DNA of 64,000 bases from positions 1 to 64,000 of the forward strand of contig CBFHFQ010000247.1 of NCBI GenBank assembly GCA_965655095.1, read 5' to 3'. The translations under genes and the position numbers were made by a program. A model generated the notes under the pieces. That model was given only the letters and a program-made list of their open reading frames with translations, was not told where the DNA came from and did no database searches. Positions 59,569-64,000 of the stretch are shown here, piece after piece (positions within the stretch are counted from its first letter, which is position 1; each line of letters begins with the position of its first letter). The DNA is from Haplodiscus bocki (Eukaryota).

Positions 59569-60365
59569 GATATAGTGCCAGAAAATGAACTGTTTTTTAA
59601 ATCACTGCCAGTTCTAATGTTTGAATTTAGCGGACCATACAATGAAACACAAATTGGACATGACTTCAGTTCACAACAACCAAAGATTTGATGCTGAAAT
59701 AGATAAAGGATCTACCAAGTTGATATGGTACCCTACATCATCCTTTTCGATGTTCAACAGTTGGCGATATATTTTGCGATGCACATTTTGTATGTGTTTT
59801 CTATTTTAACGCTTTATGTGTTAAAAGCAGGCAAAGTTTTTAAATGACTTGAATCTATACTACTGAATAATCAAAGTCCTGATTTTGAAGGTAAGTCTGA
59901 AAAACTGCAGAGATTCTCAGTTCCCATTGCTCCGCCATTTCTTCCGTGCTATTTTCACTTTCATTAATTAAAAAATCAAAAGCACGTCAAATACAATGCC
60001 AAGAAAGTCCTAATTGTCAAATTTTTAATTGCCCCGCCCGTTTTTGCGCAGATTCGCGGAGTGTTTTGGAGAAACAACGAGTCGGAAGTGTTTGCTAGCT
60101 TCGCTCTCATTGCCTTGTTGGTATGAGTGAAGAATTTAGATGCTTACTTTCCCATATACTAAACATGTATTTTCAAATGTCATGATTGTGTGGATTGTGT
60201 GGAAGCAACACCATAGCGGTATAATTGATGTTTACTTTACTTGAAGTGGCCGCCACCTGGTGATTTTCACCGAAGCCTCCACTGGATTTAAGAGTCTAAT
60301 TGCCATTTCCATGTTGGAATAGGGGCAGATATCCTCTGTTTGGCCTGTTCAAATTTCAATTTCAG

Positions 60366-60563
60366 GTTTGCAGCAGCAGCATGTTTCAATGATGTCGATG
60401 ACCACATTTATGTAATTGGGGGACTGAATGGTAGAAACGAAAGACAGAAATCAGTGGAAAAATTGAAACTACTGTGTGATGGTCATCCAATTGGAAGCTG
60501 GCAATTGACTAAGCCAATGGAGTCTGCCAGATATGGATGTGCCGCTGTTTCTCTCGAAAACAA
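60366..60563 (+). CDS. Internal exon of a host kelch-repeat protein gene
   Basis: tttcag acceptor and gtaagt donor bound a 198-bp phase 2-2 exon. It encodes FAAAACFNDVDDHIYVIGGLNG...SVE...W....PMESARYGCAAV, matching the kelch consensus (GG, W, PMxxAR). Confidence 0.9.
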
Positions 60564-60959
60564 GTAAGTGGCATGTTACACACAAAAATGTTCAAAAGAT
60601 TTTTGTTATCATGACTATTGTCAATGCACACATTGACAATTCATCTTCCAGAGTTTCGTCTTTCCGAGAAACAATAAAAAAAATCTAGGTAATTTTAATC
60701 AGTCCAGATGGTATTACAGCTGTATTGTAGATATGAACCAAGAATTATGCAGAGCATTTACAGTATGAATGAATCATTCTAATAAAAATAGCAATGACTC
60801 ATATTGTTGCCAGTTGCCGCCAGCAACGGACAAACCTATACAATCGCTTACGGAAACCCATGTAATGGACCAAATCAAAGATATTTGCCATTATTTCTAG
60901 ACAGAAAGGACATTAAAAAGATTTGTTGAAACATGATTTGTTATGTTCCTATGAAAGTA

Positions 60960-61300
60960 ATGATTTGACTATACCCCGGTCAAGAAAACATTGATAACAT
61001 CGATGATTCATCTATGTTGTCATAAAAAACCAGCCCTTTCATTGAAAAGACAACGATAACATCGATGCAACAGTGAAGAAGCAGTGATGATTTCGATGCA
61101 AACATTAAAGATCATTAAAGTTTTCAACGTGCTAATCTCTGAAACAAGGACGTTTCATAGATGATTCTTTGAAGAAAGATTGATTCAACTTTGATAAAAC
61201 ATTTATGATTTCGATTCACCCACTGAAATTCATTAATGATCACAAAGCACAAAATTTCAATTCATCGACGTTCATTAAATTTTCATGCATCATTAACGTC
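60960..61300. repeat. Degenerate short tandem array with recurring (A/T)TCGATG cores
   Basis: GATAACATCGATG occurs twice, along with GATTTCGATG, TTCATAGATG, GATTTCGATT and TTCATCGACG at roughly 30-60 bp spacing. Confidence 0.45.
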
Positions 61301-64000
61301 TCGTTCGCAAGTAAGCAGAAATTTTACGCCTTAACTTAACTTAAGCTGCTTAACTTACCGGGTGGTTTAGGGTGAGTTGAAATGAGGAATGAACGTAAGT
61401 GGAGATCTAAAAATCAAAGTTGTAAGAATTTAAAAATTCGGATCTTTTGCAAGACTCCAAGTAAAAAGTCAAGTTTTTGCTTGTTCAATCTTTGTGTAGT
61501 CCTGGCTGGTCATGATGGAAAAGTTTGCTCTGAAAAATTCGGATATTTTGGTCAAAACAATTAAGGTTGAACATGACTCTGAGATTTTTATGATGTGAGT
61601 AATTTAACTTCCTGTCGGCGCTTTTTCCTTCCCGTAGATGAGAGAATGAGTAATGTTCCATTATAATTGCCAAATACGGTAGATTAAATGCTAATTTATA
61701 AAAGACTAATGTTCCTTTTCTATCAATTCCTAGTTCCATTGTTGTAGCAGCTGTAGTGAATTGTTTTTCTTCCTTCTACGCTTTCTTTTTGCTTTCTTTT
61801 ACGCTGGTGTCCAATACAACAACAGGTTGGTCTTTTTAAACGCTCTCTGCTACTAGTGCAGATGTGTTTTTCCCTCATTGATGTCCCTACTGGCTGCCGC
61901 TGCCACATGTTCCAAAGAATTCTTGTATTCGATATACATTTGGATCAAATATGAATGCTGAAACGTTATAATTCGGCTTCTTGGAGTGAACTTTGACCAC
62001 ACCGTCGTTTACTTGATTGAGTTGAGTGCTCTACTGACGGTTCTGGTGTGGCTATTGGAAATTAACAGACAACTGGATGCTCGAAAAGCACCCTCCGGAT
62101 CTAAATTTAAAACGGTTTTTGAATTGGGAGATTGATCTCATACTTTTTTACAAAAACTGCCACCCAATAACCTTGACTGAGTGAGCTTCTTGTTTCTACA
62201 TGGTCCAGAATTTCTCAAAATGTGCTTTGGCTGGATGTATAAAAATTTTATCTGACCTATTTCCAAGTCGATTACTACCGTGAACAGCGATTCCTTGCGC
62301 AGACCCTCGTCATCATCAGGCAGAGATGGAGTCTTCCTGATTTCGGCAGCTTGTCGAATTCCCTAACATCGAAAGGACGAGCTATCTCTAAATAAGCTTG
62401 GGAATGATGGTAAAGGAAAAGCTATGGAGTGTGCTTTCCAATCAACTCGCGAGAACGGCTTCGTCGAAATCATCAAGATTCTTCTGCAACATTTTAATTT
62501 TCACCTCACCAAATTTTTGGACTGTCAGTGCAAATTTTAATTTCACAGTAATAGTGATTCATGGATACACTGAATGTTCTGCAGTTTCTTCTTTTCTCTC
62601 CGATTTGATTGTTTAGAGCAAAATTCGTTCTCAGAGGGCTTCTTACTATAATTTCGGTGTGAGGACAGAATTTCTGCTTTACCTTTATCTATCTTTAAGT
62701 AGGGATAGCTTCGGGCCTGCTAATTTTCCGGTTGGCGCGTTCCTTGAACAATTTGTTAAATGTGAGGTCTAATTTTTGAAAACTGTTTTTGGTGTGCATC
62801 AGAAGCTGTCTAATAGATCCCGAAAACCGTTCGACTCTTGTCATAATAGACATGCTAAAAAATGATCAAACTACACACTGTCTAATGGAAGAAATGTTAT
62901 TGTTTATTGTAGCTAATGTGTTCGTCAAAACTTAATCTACGGTGTTCTTCGATGAAATGAAAGAAATCAGCCGTTCCGTTTCGTAAAATGAGGAAAAAAA
63001 CTTCCTAGGAGAACTTTGCAACGTTTGAATGTGTAGTTGGTGTTCATTACAGTTTAGGTTAGGACTGGAATGTCTGTAAAAATCTTTGAATTCACTTATC
63101 ATTTTTCGCAAAGCAGAATTTTTGGTATTGAAGAACTGTTCATTGCATTCTCTGCCCTAGACATGGTAGCGACTACAATACGAAATGATCTCTTTTTTGG
63201 TTTAACCGCGGAGATCACACAGGACCACCAACTTTATGTGGCCTCAATAGTGGACCCGTACGACTCACTTTTCACTAGGTCTACAAACTTTTCACGTACT
63301 TGTGTAATTTGAAAAGTCAAGTGAACAGTGCAACACGTTCCCAATTATTTGTCTTCGAAAATGCACTACAAAGTCACAATGCCTAAAAAGAACCTTCTAT
63401 TTCCTGTTTCATCTTTACATAGGTAACAAAAACGGAACGGAGGCCTTTTCCACAGATTTGAAACTTTGTAGCAACATTAAGATTTCATTTCAAAAGTTTG
63501 ATTTACAAAAGAACGGCGTCCATCTGCTCGCTTGAATCTATCGCAGCCGTTTGATTAATGTACTTCAAAGTGAAAAAGAGATAAGAAACCAAGGGATATC
63601 ACGTGTTGAATCACGCCTTGAAGCAGTCCCTTTGAAAACACAGGTTGATCAAACTGTCTTTTCTTTTCTTTCAACACGGCTGACACCCATGTTTGAAAAA
63701 AAATTGTGTAAAACTAGAAATTTAGCCAGGAGTTGAAAAATTGTTTGTTTTCTCTAAACTTTTTGGACATCAAAAGTCTGTCTTACCATTTCCGTTTCAC
63801 ATACTGCATCCTGACATTTCTTTTCCATGGCTGAAAAAAATAAGAGCGACCATCCAATTATGGTGAAAAAGTTAATCGAATCTTTTTTGACAGCTCATCC
63901 TGGCCAATGCTGCTAAAATATTTTTTAAAATTTGCACAACTCAACAATCTGTCGACCACGATGAGAAGGTCTGTTGTACAAGTAGTATAATGAAAGATTA

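Noticed and set aside
61400-63400. Minus-strand gag/pol relic
   Set aside because: There are only vague hints (a knuckle-like spacing near 62200) and no diagnostic motif clear enough to call.

Overview
This is repeat-dense eukaryotic DNA, most likely from an invertebrate animal; it shows a GT-AG exon and no prokaryotic operons. The dominant feature is a complete, lightly decayed 18.2-kb Polinton/Maverick (endogenous adintovirus-like) element at 41412-59568. It has AGTAGT...ACTACT ends, ~329-bp TIRs and a 5/6 target-site duplication (GATACA/GATATA). It carries the full virion and replication gene set: pPolB, retroviral-type integrase, packaging ATPase, adenain protease, major and minor capsid, and fibre. 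Its most unusual features are four. (1) Each TIR is itself a ~280-bp hairpin whose two arms co-vary within an end but differ between ends. (2) A membrane protein ORF carries YPNL plus an Ebola-VP40-like PSAPPEY late-domain motif. (3) The fibre has a MAM-like head. (4) There is a small type-III membrane glycoprotein, an HNH nuclease and several small proteins with adenain cleavage sites. Upstream lie a very large (~22 kb) degenerate Gypsy-like retroelement with two tandem class-III-fusogen-like env modules, other transposon relics, a 200-N gap and a 28/84/168-bp hierarchical tandem repeat. One host kelch-repeat exon lies ~0.8 kb downstream of the Polinton. All protein family calls come from motif recognition by eye, not from database searches.
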